Shown here in pieces: positions 10,081-19,090 of a DNA stretch of 44,769 bases. How positions within the stretch are numbered: the stretch's first letter is position 1; every line of letters starts with the position of its first letter. The position numbers were made by a program, and so were the translations under genes. Location: sequence record SRR22947727_4435; one strand, 5' to 3'. The notes beneath the pieces were generated by a model. It did no database searches. It was not told the origin of the DNA and worked only from the letters and a program-made list of their open reading frames with translations.

Positions 10081-10132
10081 CCGTAGGGCCAACCGTCACG
10101 GCGTTCAATCCGATCGACCGTAGGCTGTAGGG

Positions 10133-11536
10133 ATGCCCCCCGCCAAGAAGGTTGCGATCGTCACGCTGGGGTGCGCGCGAAACGAAGTGGACTCCGATGA
10201 GTTGGCGGGGCGACTGTCCGTCGGTGGCTGGGATCTGGTTGAGAATGCTGAGTCGGCGGATGCAGTGCTGGTCAACACCTGCGGGTTCATCGAGGCTGCC
10301 AAGCGGGAATCCATCGACACGGTGCTCTCCTTGGCCGGAGATGATGCGCCAGCGGTGATCGCAACAGGCTGCCTTGCCGAGCGGTACGGCACCGAACTCG
10401 CAGCGAGCCTGCCCGAGGCGCGTGCGGTTCTCGGCTTTGACGATTATCCCGAGATCGCGGCGCGACTGGATGCGGTGATGCGGGGAGAGGACGTTCCCGC
10501 GCCGGTTCCGACCGATCGCCGGACCTTGTTGCCGCTGAGTCCGGTTGCGAGATCGGACGCCAGGTCGGATGCGATTACGGGGGCGGCAGCGGACGAATCA
10601 GTAGGCGAGCCGCGCGGCTACAGCCCTCCGGTACCCCGAATTCGTCTGGGCACGGGTCCGGTGGCCTCGGTCAAGCTGGCAAGTGGCTGTGACCGGAGGT
10701 GTGCCTTTTGTGCCATTCCGCGTTTTCGCGGATCCTTCGTGTCTCGCACGCCGTCGGAGATCGTCTCCGAAATGGGAGAGATGGTTGCCGCGGGTGTTCG
10801 CGAAGTGGTTCTAGTTTCAGAAAACACCACGTCGTATGGAAAAGACCTCGGGGATATGCGACTGCTGGAGTCGTTGCTCCCGGACTTGGCGGCCGGCACC
10901 GGCGTTGATCGAATTCGCTTGTCCTATCTGCAACCGGCCGAGATGCGCCCGGGCCTGGTTGCAGCCATCGCGGGCAGTGCGGCGGTGGCGGACTATTTCG
11001 ACCTGAGTTTTCAGCACGCGAGCCCGCGGGTGCTGCGAGCCATGCGCCGTTTCGGAGGCACGAAGGACTTCCTTGAGTTGATCGAGGCCATCCGGACGCT
11101 CACACCCACTGCGGGGATCCGCAGCAACGTCATCGTCGGGTTTCCCGGTGAAACCGACGAGGACGTGGACGAGTTGGCGGTCTTCTTAGAAGCCGCGCGC
11201 TTGGATGCGGTCGGTGTGTTCGCCTACTCCGACGAAGACGAAACGGAGGCGGCGGGCCTGGACGCCAAGGTGCCCGAGGACGTCATCGAGGCTCGTCGAT
11301 CACGAATCGTGGACGTGGTGGACGAATTGATGGAGCAAAGGGCCGCCGAGCGCATCGGCGAATCGGTGCGGGTGCTCGTGGAGTCGGTCGACGACGGAGT
11401 CCGGTGTGGTCGAGCCGCGCACCAAGGGCCAGACGATGGTGCGTGCTTGCTTGTCAACAGCGAGGCTGAGGTGGGCGAGTGGGTCGACGGTCATGTCGTG
11501 GAGAACGAGGGCGTTGACTTGTGGGTGCGGCCGTGA
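10133..11536 (+). CDS. rimO: Ribosomal protein uS12 methylthiotransferase
   Basis: TLGCARNEVDS, NTCGFI and radical SAM motif CDRRCAFC; upstream of pgsA. Confidence 0.95.
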   Translation: MPPAKKVAIVTLGCARNEVDSDELAGRLSVGGWDLVENAESADAVLVNTCGFIEAAKRESIDTVLSLAGDDAPAVIATGCLAERYGTELAASLPEARAVLGFDDYPEIAARLDAVMRGEDVPAPVPTDRRTLLPLSPVARSDARSDAITGAAADESVGEPRGYSPPVPRIRLGTGPVASVKLASGCDRRCAFCAIPRFRGSFVSRTPSEIVSEMGEMVAAGVREVVLVSENTTSYGKDLGDMRLLESLLPDLAAGTGVDRIRLSYLQPAEMRPGLVAAIAGSAAVADYFDLSFQHASPRVLRAMRRFGGTKDFLELIEAIRTLTPTAGIRSNVIVGFPGETDEDVDELAVFLEAARLDAVGVFAYSDEDETEAAGLDAKVPEDVIEARRSRIVDVVDELMEQRAAERIGESVRVLVESVDDGVRCGRAAHQGPDDGACLLVNSEAEVGEWVDGHVVENEGVDLWVRP

Positions 11537-12090
11537 CGTGGAACCTGCCCAATGCACTCACGGTGGCGCGCTTGGTGTGCGTACCGATTCTGGCCTGGTT
11601 GTTGGCGGTCGATGAGTCCTGGGCTCGGGATACCGCCGCGATTGTTTTCGTTGCTGCAGCGGTCACCGACTTCTTCGACGGAGCCATCGCTCGTCGTCGC
11701 GGCATCACGTCAAGCTTCGGTGCGCTGGCCGACCCGATAGCCGACAAGGCCTTGATCGCAGTCGCACTGCTCGGGCTCTCGATCGTGGGAGAGCTGCCCT
11801 GGTGGATAACCGTGGTGATCCTGGTTCGAGAGATTGGGGTAACCGTCGTGCGGTTTGCGGTGGTGCGCCACGCGGTTATTCCGGCCAGTCGGGGTGGCAA
11901 AGTCAAGACGGTGTTGCAGATCGTGGCGATCTTCTTGTACCTGGCCATTCCACCGGAGGTTGTCGCGGACGCCTGGTCCGCCATCGCAGCTGCGGTGATG
12001 ATCGCTGCGGTCGTGATGACCGTCATCACCGGAATCGACTACCTGCGACGCGCGTACGTCATCTCCCGATCGGCAGCCCATGAGTCCTGA
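11533..12090 (+). CDS. pgsA: CDP-diacylglycerol--glycerol-3-phosphate 3-phosphatidyltransferase
   Basis: NLPNALT and the CDP-alcohol motif DFFDGAIARR...FGALADPIADK. GTGA overlap with the rimO stop. Confidence 0.95.
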   Translation: MTWNLPNALTVARLVCVPILAWLLAVDESWARDTAAIVFVAAAVTDFFDGAIARRRGITSSFGALADPIADKALIAVALLGLSIVGELPWWITVVILVREIGVTVVRFAVVRHAVIPASRGGKVKTVLQIVAIFLYLAIPPEVVADAWSAIAAAVMIAAVVMTVITGIDYLRRAYVISRSAAHES

Positions 12091-12589
12091 CACCCCATCG
12101 TCGGAGCAGGTGCCGCTCGATCAGCTCGCAGAACGTCTCGTTCGGCGCCTGCAGGAACGGTCCTGGTCAATTGCCACGGGAGAGTCTCTGACGGCGGGCC
12201 TGGTGTCCTCGACGATCGCTTCGGTGCCGGGCTGCTCGGCTGTCTTCCGAGGGGCCGTCGTCGCTTACGCGCCGGAGGTCAAGACTGAGGTCCTCAATGT
12301 TCCCGGGGAACTGTTGACGCAAGGAATCGTGACTGAGGAGGTCGCGCTTGCCCTTGCCCAGGGAGCGTGCTCGCGATTGGGGGCCACTGTGGGGATCGGG
12401 ACGACGGGAGCTGCTGGGCCGGATGACCACGATGGGATGCCGGCGGGAACAGCCTGCATCGCGGTGTGCGGTCCCTCGGCGCAACGGGCGCGAACCTTGC
12501 GCGTCACCGGGGATCGGTCGCAGGTTCGACACGCGGTCACTCAGGCCGCTGTGGAGGCGGCACTAGAAATTCTTGAAGCTGGGGAATAG
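12080..12589 (+). CDS. cinA: CinA C-terminal domain protein (PncC-like NMN deamidase)
   Basis: ESLTAG, VAY...K and TTGAAGP motifs; pgsA-cinA synteny. Confidence 0.9.
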   Translation: MSPDTPSSEQVPLDQLAERLVRRLQERSWSIATGESLTAGLVSSTIASVPGCSAVFRGAVVAYAPEVKTEVLNVPGELLTQGIVTEEVALALAQGACSRLGATVGIGTTGAAGPDDHDGMPAGTACIAVCGPSAQRARTLRVTGDRSQVRHAVTQAAVEAALEILEAGE

Positions 12590-12749
12590 ATCAGATCCCA
12601 CCGGTGTTGTCTTTGTTGAAGACCCAAGAAGTCCCCTGCACAGCCGCGTGCAGGTTTGCCCGAACGCAGGCCCAAACGGAGGCCTGGGCGAGCGGACAAT
12701 GGCAAGGTGCGGTTATGGTGGGTCAGGACAAGAGCAAGGAGGTGGCACC

Positions 12750-13064
12750 GTGATTGTCATGCGCGAAGTAATCGGAGAAGAGCTGCGTCGGCGGCGTCAA
12801 GATCAAGGCCGCACGCTGCGTGAGGTGTCCGGGGCCGCCGCCGTTTCTCTTGGCTACTTGTCCGAGGTTGAACGGGGGCACAAGGAGGCGTCCTCCGAGC
12901 TGCTCGCGGCGATCTGCGACGCGTTAGAGGTGTCGTTATCGGAATTGTTGGCGTCGGTTAGCACGCACGTCGCGCAAGTCGAGCTTCAATACACAGCCCC
13001 CACCACGCGGCTTCCCCAGATGGTCCTCCCGGGTGGTGCGGTCGCGCAGCGGCGCCTGTCCTAA
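12750..13064 (+). CDS. clgR: ClgR-like XRE transcriptional regulator
   Basis: GRTLREVS...[30 protein letters not shown] before GTG 12750; cinA-clgR synteny. Confidence 0.88.
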   Translation: MIVMREVIGEELRRRRQDQGRTLREVSGAAAVSLGYLSEVERGHKEASSELLAAICDALEVSLSELLASVSTHVAQVELQYTAPTTRLPQMVLPGGAVAQRRLS

Positions 13065-13099
13065 ACCGGTTTTACATCTGTCATCGTTCACGGGCCCGA

Positions 13100-13763
13100 T
13101 CAGGGCTGGGTTCCCACCTGACAGCGGGGACACCAAAAGATTGGCTGCTCATTAGAGCGTTGCTGTTGCACACCCTGCTGAGAGCGAACGGGTGTGCCGC
13201 AGCGCCGGCATGAGCCCCTCCGTTTTCCATAAACGAAATGGGCATCTCGCTCGTCACCGGTTGTCGCTTGCGACGACCGGTCCCGGTTGCGGATCATCAG
13301 GGTCCGAGCAATCGACAGGGTCCAGGCCACACCGTCGTCGGATATGTCGTGCACAGGCGTGAAGGGCGTGATGCCCGCGAGGAACAGCGTTTCGCAGCGA
13401 TAGATGTTGCCGATGCCGGCGACCACCCGTTGGTCGACGAGAACGTCACCAATCGATCGTCCTGCACAGGCCCGAACGTTGTCCCTTGCAAGGCCTGCGT
13501 CCCACGAGTCATCGAGAATGTCCGGACCTAGGTGCCCAATGACGTCTGCTTCTCGCTCCGTTGGCAGAACGAGCACATCGTGCAACCGATACCCCACGGC
13601 AACTCCGTCACCGGAGTACAAGACCATGCGGACCGCATGCATCGGCCCACCCCTCCAACGCTGTCCGGTGCGGTAGATGTGCCACGAGCCATCCATTCGA
13701 AAGTGCGTATGTAACGACGTTCCGTTAGAAAAGCGAGACAGCAGATGTTTACCTACCGGGCGC
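13100..13763 (-). pseudogene. nei: Nei/Fpg-family DNA glycosylase lacking its N-terminus (no MPEG catalytic start)
   Basis: GKHLL, HTHFRMDGSW, LGPDIL, H2TH DQRVVAGIGNIY and Zn finger CRRC...CPRC. Homology begins abruptly near 13763. Confidence 0.85.
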
Positions 13764-14258
13764 AGTCGTGATCCACACGTCGGGAGGATTCTTCGCCTGC
13801 CGGGTTCGTTCCGATTGAGGAGTGTCACCGGTTCTGATTCCAACCGAAATCGGCGGAATCGTCACGTCCGATCGAGCGGCGATCTGCTCAAGGCCGATCA
13901 ATGGGCTGCGCAGATTGCGCTCAATGTCCGAGGCAAGGGCCTTCAGTGGCGAGATGTACAGCACTCGCTTGCGGTCCGAGGGCGGGGTGTGTGCGAGTGA
14001 GTCCAATGCGGCAAGGAAAGCCGCGAGGGTCTTACCTGAGCCGGTGGGGGCGATCAGGACAGCGTCTTGGCCGGTAGCCAGAACAGGCCAGGCCTCGCGC
14101 TGGATCGCGGTTGGTTCACCGAGGGCCTGCTGGACCCAGGTGGTGGCCCACGGGCTGAGCCCGGAGTCGGTGGCATCGACTTGGCCCACAGATGACGTGG
14201 GCGCTGCCGACGCGCCCACTGTCTCTGGGGCTGGTGGCACGGCGCACGCTCCTTGCAT
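13749..14258 (-). pseudogene. lhr: N-terminal fragment of Lhr DEAD/DEAH helicase
   Basis: Q motif PTAIQ, Walker A APTGSGKT, YISPLKALASDIERNL and RTGDTP. Stops at ...WITTAPGR* where ITTPES is expected. Confidence 0.88.
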
Positions 14259-14317
14259 GATGTGCTTCCTGCGGGGCGGTGCGGCGCACTCCTCCGCCGT
14301 CTCGGAGGATATCCCGC

Positions 14318-14509
14318 ATGCGTCGAAGTGACTTCTGGGAGCGATTGAACGCCGTCCTGGGTCCGGAGTACGCCGCGAGTTGGTCACGAGACGTCGTGCT
14401 TCCCTCCCTCGGTGACACGGTCGAAGGTTGCTTCGATAGGGGCGAGGACACCGTCGTGGTGTGGCGGGCAGTGTGCGACGTGGTCGACGTTCCCTCCATG
14501 CTGCGCTAG
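14318..14509 (+). CDS. DUF3046 family protein
   Basis: MRRSDFWERL...YA...D.VL..LG.T...G...VWRAVC pattern; typical position between lhr and recA. Confidence 0.85.
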   Translation: MRRSDFWERLNAVLGPEYAASWSRDVVLPSLGDTVEGCFDRGEDTVVVWRAVCDVVDVPSMLR

Positions 14510-14584
14510 CGGACTTTTCTGCAGGCCGGCGCTCGGTATCGAGAGGTCGGGCTTCTGACCGAGACGGAGCCCTAGAGTTCTTGT

Positions 14585-15289
14585 GTGTCGACTGCCGAGC
14601 CAGATCGTGAATTTCTGACGATCGTGACCTTCGGTCGCTCGGGATCGACGGCACTGCAGGCGGCCCTGAACGCTCACCCTCACACGATCATTCGCGGGGA
14701 GAACTACAACGCGTTGCGTGGGTTGCACGCGTATGTTGACGCCGTTGCAGCCGCGGCTGACCGACATAACTCGGGTAAACCGCACCACCCGTGGTTTGGC
14801 ACCGCCCGACTCGATGCTCCTGCCGTGCTGGCGGATCAGCGACGCCACGTCATCGCCCACCTGCTGCGACCCAAGGCCGACACGCGCTGGTTGGGATTTA
14901 AAGAAGTTCGATACGAGATCGGTCACTTTGCCGATGCCGACGTCATGACCGACTACCTGCTGTTCATCAACGCTCTGCTTCCCGGCGTGCGGTACGTGAT
15001 CAATGTCCGCGATCCGCAGGCGGCTGCCCGCAGCGGGTGGTGGCGCGAGCACCCCGATGCGGTGACCGCATTGGAGCGCTCGGTGGAGCATCTCCGCGAA
15101 GCAGCCGGCACGCTCGCCGACGTTCTTGGCCCGGGCCGAGTGGCCCTCACCGAGTACGAGCAGTGGTCGGCCGATCCATCCATTGGCGTGTCCGCGCTTA
15201 AGAGCATCGGATTCCCGGTGCAGGAGGCCCTGATTCGCGAATCCTTGTCTACGCACCTGGAGCACGGCCAGAACAGCGAGCGTCCGTGA
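14585..15289 (+). CDS. Sulfotransferase family protein
   Basis: 5'-PSB loop GRSGSTAL followed by LNAHP and GE; GFKE; 3'-PB motif INVRDP. Confidence 0.8.
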   Translation: MSTAEPDREFLTIVTFGRSGSTALQAALNAHPHTIIRGENYNALRGLHAYVDAVAAAADRHNSGKPHHPWFGTARLDAPAVLADQRRHVIAHLLRPKADTRWLGFKEVRYEIGHFADADVMTDYLLFINALLPGVRYVINVRDPQAAARSGWWREHPDAVTALERSVEHLREAAGTLADVLGPGRVALTEYEQWSADPSIGVSALKSIGFPVQEALIRESLSTHLEHGQNSERP

Positions 15290-16614
15290 GTCGTACCGGT
15301 GATTCGGACGCGGTAACGGTGGCGCCCGAGCCTGACGATCAGTTGGAGGCAAGCGATCCGTTCGACGCCGACGATGTTCGCGTCCTCCAGCGCAAGAGCA
15401 TCGGGGTGCTCGGCGGCAGTCAGGTTCTCGGGGGAGTGGCCGTCGCGGGCTCACTGCCGGCCGGTGCCCTTATCGCCGAATCGATCAGTGGAAGCGAGGC
15501 CGCCGCCGGGCTCGCGCAAACGTTCGGAGTCGTGGGTGCGGCGCTGCTGGCGCTCCCGCTGGCGCGGGTGGCTCTCTCGCGCGGGCGCCGCGTTGCTCTT
15601 GCCAGTGGGTACTTCCTCGGCTCCCTCGGATCGATCATCGTCATCTTCGGAGCTGTGTATCGCTCGCTCGCGATCGTGTATGCGGGGTGCCTGCTCGTAG
15701 GTGTCGCCTCGGCGGCTGGTCTGCAAGCCCGGTACGCGGCGACGGACCTGGCACCGGCGAATCGTCGGGCGCGCAGTTTGTCCATCGTGGTGTGGGGCGC
15801 CACTATCGGAGCGGTTGCCGGCCCCAATCTGCTCGACGTCAGCGGGCGGTGGGCGCTGTCGTTGGGCCTCCCGCCCCTGGCGGGCCCGTACCTCGTCGCC
15901 GCAGTCGTGTGCGGCGTCACCGTGGGTTTGCTGCTGGTGTTCTTGCGCCCCGATCCGTATCGAGAGTCGTTGCGGCTTAGGGGAGCCGTCAAGCCGGGCG
16001 TTCAACGCCCACGCATCCGCGATGGCATCGAGCATCTGAAGAACCGGCCGAGAGCGGTTTTGGGTATCGGCGCCGTGGCCGTCGGGCACGTCGCGATGGT
16101 CATGGTCATGGTGATGACGCCGGTGCACATGGCTCATGTCGACGTGAGCCTGCAGTTGATCGGCCTCGTCATCAGCGTGCACGTCGCCGGCATGTACGCC
16201 CTCTCGCCACTGGTTGGAATGGCCGTTGACCGGTTCGGTCGGCTGACCGTGATCGGCGCAGGGGTGGTGATCTTGCTGACGGCGTGCGTCGTGAGCGGGC
16301 TCGCCCCTGCAGACGACGTGGTGACCCTCGGCATCGGATTGTTCCTTCTCGGCCTGGGGTGGTCGTGCACCCTGATCGCCGGGTCGACGCTGGTGACCGA
16401 TGAGGTTGATCTACCTGAGCGCCCCGCTGTCCAGGGACTCTCGGACCTGACGATGAACGTGGCGGGGGCCGTGGGAGGAGTGGTCGCCGGGGTTGTGGTG
16501 TGGCTCGCGAGTTACCAGGTCTTGACGGCGGTGGCCGCCATTCCGGTGGTGGGCCTGGCTGTGTGGGCCAGTATTCCGGCGTGTCGGCGCCATTCGAACA
16601 CCCGTTCGATGTAG
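15286..16614 (+). CDS. MFS transporter
   Basis: About 12 hydrophobic segments, motif A variants (RGRR, DRFGR) and RYAATDLA. GTGA coupling to the upstream gene. Confidence 0.9.
   Translation: MSRTGDSDAVTVAPEPDDQLEASDPFDADDVRVLQRKSIGVLGGSQVLGGVAVAGSLPAGALIAESISGSEAAAGLAQTFGVVGAALLALPLARVALSRGRRVALASGYFLGSLGSIIVIFGAVYRSLAIVYAGCLLVGVASAAGLQARYAATDLAPANRRARSLSIVVWGATIGAVAGPNLLDVSGRWALSLGLPPLAGPYLVAAVVCGVTVGLLLVFLRPDPYRESLRLRGAVKPGVQRPRIRDGIEHLKNRPRAVLGIGAVAVGHVAMVMVMVMTPVHMAHVDVSLQLIGLVISVHVAGMYALSPLVGMAVDRFGRLTVIGAGVVILLTACVVSGLAPADDVVTLGIGLFLLGLGWSCTLIAGSTLVTDEVDLPERPAVQGLSDLTMNVAGAVGGVVAGVVVWLASYQVLTAVAAIPVVGLAVWASIPACRRHSNTRSM
16594..16609. promoter_or_regulatory. LexA (SOS) box for recA
   Basis: TCGAACACCCGTTCGA is a perfect actinobacterial consensus, next to a -10-like TAGTTT at 16612-16617. 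Confidence 0.9.
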
Positions 16615-16717
16615 TTTCGGGCCCGTTGGCAGTCGCGTGGGCCGCGTCCTCCACACGGGGGTTCGAGGCGACATCCGATCCCCAGGGCGAGGTGGGGAGT
16701 GGATGGATCCGGGCGAC

Positions 16718-16739
16718 TGTCACAGGGTGGACCTAGCGT
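16718..16739 (+). promoter_or_regulatory. RecA-NDp/PafBC-type promoter of recA
   Basis: TGTCAC-N10-TAGCGT fits TGTCRG-N10-TA-N3-T with one mismatch. Confidence 0.7.
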
Positions 16740-16784
16740 CCGCAGGGCACGACAGACACGACCAGCAACCGCGAGGAGAAACCG

Positions 16785-17906
16785 ATGGCCGCGAAGAACA
16801 GCGCGAAGTCCAGCACACCGTTGATGTCCGTTAGCGCGTCTGGAGACCGCGAACGCGCGCTCGAGACCGCCCTGTCACAGATCGAACAGCAGTTCGGCAA
16901 GGGCTCCGTCATGCGACTCGGAGACGAAGGCCGTGCTCCTATTGAGGTGATCCCTACCGGATCCATCGCCCTCGACGTCGCGCTGGGAATCGGCGGTCTG
17001 CCACGCGGTCGGATCATCGAGGTGTACGGCCCGGAGTCCTCCGGAAAAACCACCGTTGCCCTGCACGCGATTGCCAGCGTCCAAGCCTTGGGCGGGCTGG
17101 CAGCCTTCATCGATGCCGAGCACGCTTTGGACCCGGATTACGCGCAAGCGCTGGGTGTGGACCTCGACAATCTGTACGTGTCTCAGCCGGACACCGGCGA
17201 GCAGGCACTCGAAATCACGGACACCCTGGTCCGCTCGGGCGCCATCGATCTGGTCGTCATCGACTCGGTCGCTGCACTGGTGCCCCGTGCGGAAATCGAG
17301 GGCGAGATGGGCGACTCCCATGTCGGGTTGCAGGCTCGCCTGATGAGCCAGGCACTGCGCAAGATGGCCGGTGCGCTCAGTAGCACGCACACGTCCGCGA
17401 TCTTCATCAACCAACTCCGAGAAAAGATCGGCGTGATGTTCGGTTCTCCGGAGACGACCACCGGCGGGAAGGCTCTGAAGTTCTACTCATCGGTTCGGCT
17501 CGATGTGCGGCGTATCGAAACCCTGAAGGGCGGTACGGAGGCGGTGGGAAACCGCACCCGGGTAAAGGTCGTAAAGAACAAGGTTGCACCGCCATTCAAA
17601 TTGGCGGAATTCGACATTCTCTATGGCGAGGGCATCTCTCGTGAGGGTTCGCTGATCGATCTGGGGGTCGATACGGGCTTGGTGAAAAAGTCTGGCGCTT
17701 GGTACACCTACGAGGGGGACCAGCTGGGTCAGGGCAAAGAGAACGCGCGTGTGTTCTTGAAAGACAACCCCGACTTGGCGAACGAGCTGGAGAAGCGCAT
17801 CAAGGAAACGATGGGCATTGGCGCACAGGTGGATGCGCCCGCAGACGACCTGAATGAGGCCCCGGAGGTCGCCGAGGACTTCGCGGATGTCGCGCCGCCG
17901 GCGTGA
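16785..17906 (+). CDS. recA: Recombinase RecA (no intein)
   Basis: [19 protein letters not shown] and [19 protein letters not shown]. Confidence 0.99.
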   Translation: MAAKNSAKSSTPLMSVSASGDRERALETALSQIEQQFGKGSVMRLGDEGRAPIEVIPTGSIALDVALGIGGLPRGRIIEVYGPESSGKTTVALHAIASVQALGGLAAFIDAEHALDPDYAQALGVDLDNLYVSQPDTGEQALEITDTLVRSGAIDLVVIDSVAALVPRAEIEGEMGDSHVGLQARLMSQALRKMAGALSSTHTSAIFINQLREKIGVMFGSPETTTGGKALKFYSSVRLDVRRIETLKGGTEAVGNRTRVKVVKNKVAPPFKLAEFDILYGEGISREGSLIDLGVDTGLVKKSGAWYTYEGDQLGQGKENARVFLKDNPDLANELEKRIKETMGIGAQVDAPADDLNEAPEVAEDFADVAPPA

Positions 17907-17934
17907 GCCTTCCTCCGACCAACCGCCGGAGGAA

Positions 17935-18486
17935 ATGTCTGACCCAGACTCCGCAGTGCGGGCTATCTTGCTGCGTCGTTTATCCAGTGCTCCGCGCACA
18001 CGGAACGAATTGCGCGAAGACCTTCGTCGGCGTGGGGCAGACCCCGATGCGAGTGAGCGCGTCCTGGACCGCTTCGAGGAGGTCGGGCTCGTCGATGACG
18101 TTGCGTTCACGCGCCTGTGGGTGGAATCCCGGCACCGCAGCAAGGCTCTGGCACGGCCGGCGCTCCGTCGGGAACTGCAGCAGCGGGGAGTGGACGCAAA
18201 CATCATCGAGCGGGCCCTAGAGGACATCAACGACGAGGGCGAGTTTCATCGTGCGCTGTCCTTCGCTGAGGGCAAGGCACGCTTGCGTGCGGGGGAGGAG
18301 TTGCCGGCCGCGGTTAATCGCCTTGCGAGGCAACTTGCGCGTAAGGGTTACTCATCGAGTGTGTGTTTTTCGGTTGCCCGAAACGTATTAGCTACGAAAT
18401 TCGAGCAGCGGCAAGATGACATGGTCGACGAGATGTTCACAGGTGACGTCGTCGATGATCTCGCCGCGCACCAAGAGTCGATGTGA
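17935..18486 (+). CDS. recX: Regulatory protein RecX
   Basis: LRRLSSAPRTRNEL, GLVDDVAF, RELQQRGV and LARKGY; follows recA; GGAGG before ATG 17935. Confidence 0.9.
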   Translation: MSDPDSAVRAILLRRLSSAPRTRNELREDLRRRGADPDASERVLDRFEEVGLVDDVAFTRLWVESRHRSKALARPALRRELQQRGVDANIIERALEDINDEGEFHRALSFAEGKARLRAGEELPAAVNRLARQLARKGYSSSVCFSVARNVLATKFEQRQDDMVDEMFTGDVVDDLAAHQESM

Positions 18487-18987
18487 GATCAACGCATCGG
18501 GCAATTCGAAAATCAACGGATCGATCGGTTTCGTCGGGATCTCACCGCGGGCCATGGCCCGTTGCAAGACATTGACGAGTTCGGCTTCCATGGGTGCGCC
18601 CAGTCGGGTGTTGAACTGTTCGATCAATTCCGTGTCGTGCGCCGATTCGCTGATCAATTCGCGAAGCACCAGAGCCATGGGCCCGCGGAACGAAGAGGTG
18701 AAGGACTTCATCGAGCCGACCAGATCCTCGCGCAAGGATCCTGTGTTCGGGAAGGCTTGCGGAACAGACTCAGCGATCGTGGCGAGAAATACGTCCAGAC
18801 CGAGTGCACGCACGTTGGGCCAGCGTCGGTAGAGCGCAGCCTTGCCCGTCCCGGCGCGTTTGGCGATGCGGTCCATCGCGGCTCCCCGAAGGCCGTTCTC
18901 GGATATCTCTGCCAGGGCAGCCGCATGAACGGCCTGAATGAGCTCGTCGCCGGTGCGTCGAGAGGAAGTGGTGGCAGGGGAGGCCAT
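18388..18987 (-). CDS. TetR/AcrR family regulator
   Basis: HTH MDRIAKRAGTGKAALYRRW and PNTGSLREDL; divergent from the MMPL gene. Confidence 0.92.
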   Translation of the reverse strand: MASPATTSSRRTGDELIQAVHAAALAEISENGLRGAAMDRIAKRAGTGKAALYRRWPNVRALGLDVFLATIAESVPQAFPNTGSLREDLVGSMKSFTSSFRGPMALVLRELISESAHDTELIEQFNTRLGAPMEAELVNVLQRAMARGEIPTKPIDPLIFELPDALISHRLLVRGEIIDDVTCEHLVDHVILPLLEFRS

Positions 18988-19006
18988 AACCACAGGTTAC
19001 GTCATG

Positions 19007-19055
19007 GTGAACGAATCCGTTCCCTACAGTCTCGATTTGTGAACGGAATTGTTCC
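19007..19055. promoter_or_regulatory. Two TetR operator-like palindromes
   Basis: GAACGAATCCGTTC (19009-19022) and GAACGGAATTGTTC (19041-19054), both preceded by GT and 32 bp apart, in the tetR/mmpL divergent gap. Confidence 0.7.
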
Positions 19056-19090
19056 TTGCTAGCGTGCCGCTACCTCGTCAAAGGAGCCTC

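Noticed and set aside
12573..12749. N-terminal extension of ClgR in the ORF track
   Set aside because: A strong AGGAGG precedes GTG 12750 and homology starts there.
13764..13843. Reading the 13100..13843 ORF as an intact Nei protein
   Set aside because: Its first ~27 residues are out-of-frame lhr sequence, and the catalytic Pro-Glu N-terminus is absent.
16785..17906. Intein in recA (also checked in nrdJ)
   Set aside because: Lengths are normal and conserved motifs are contiguous.
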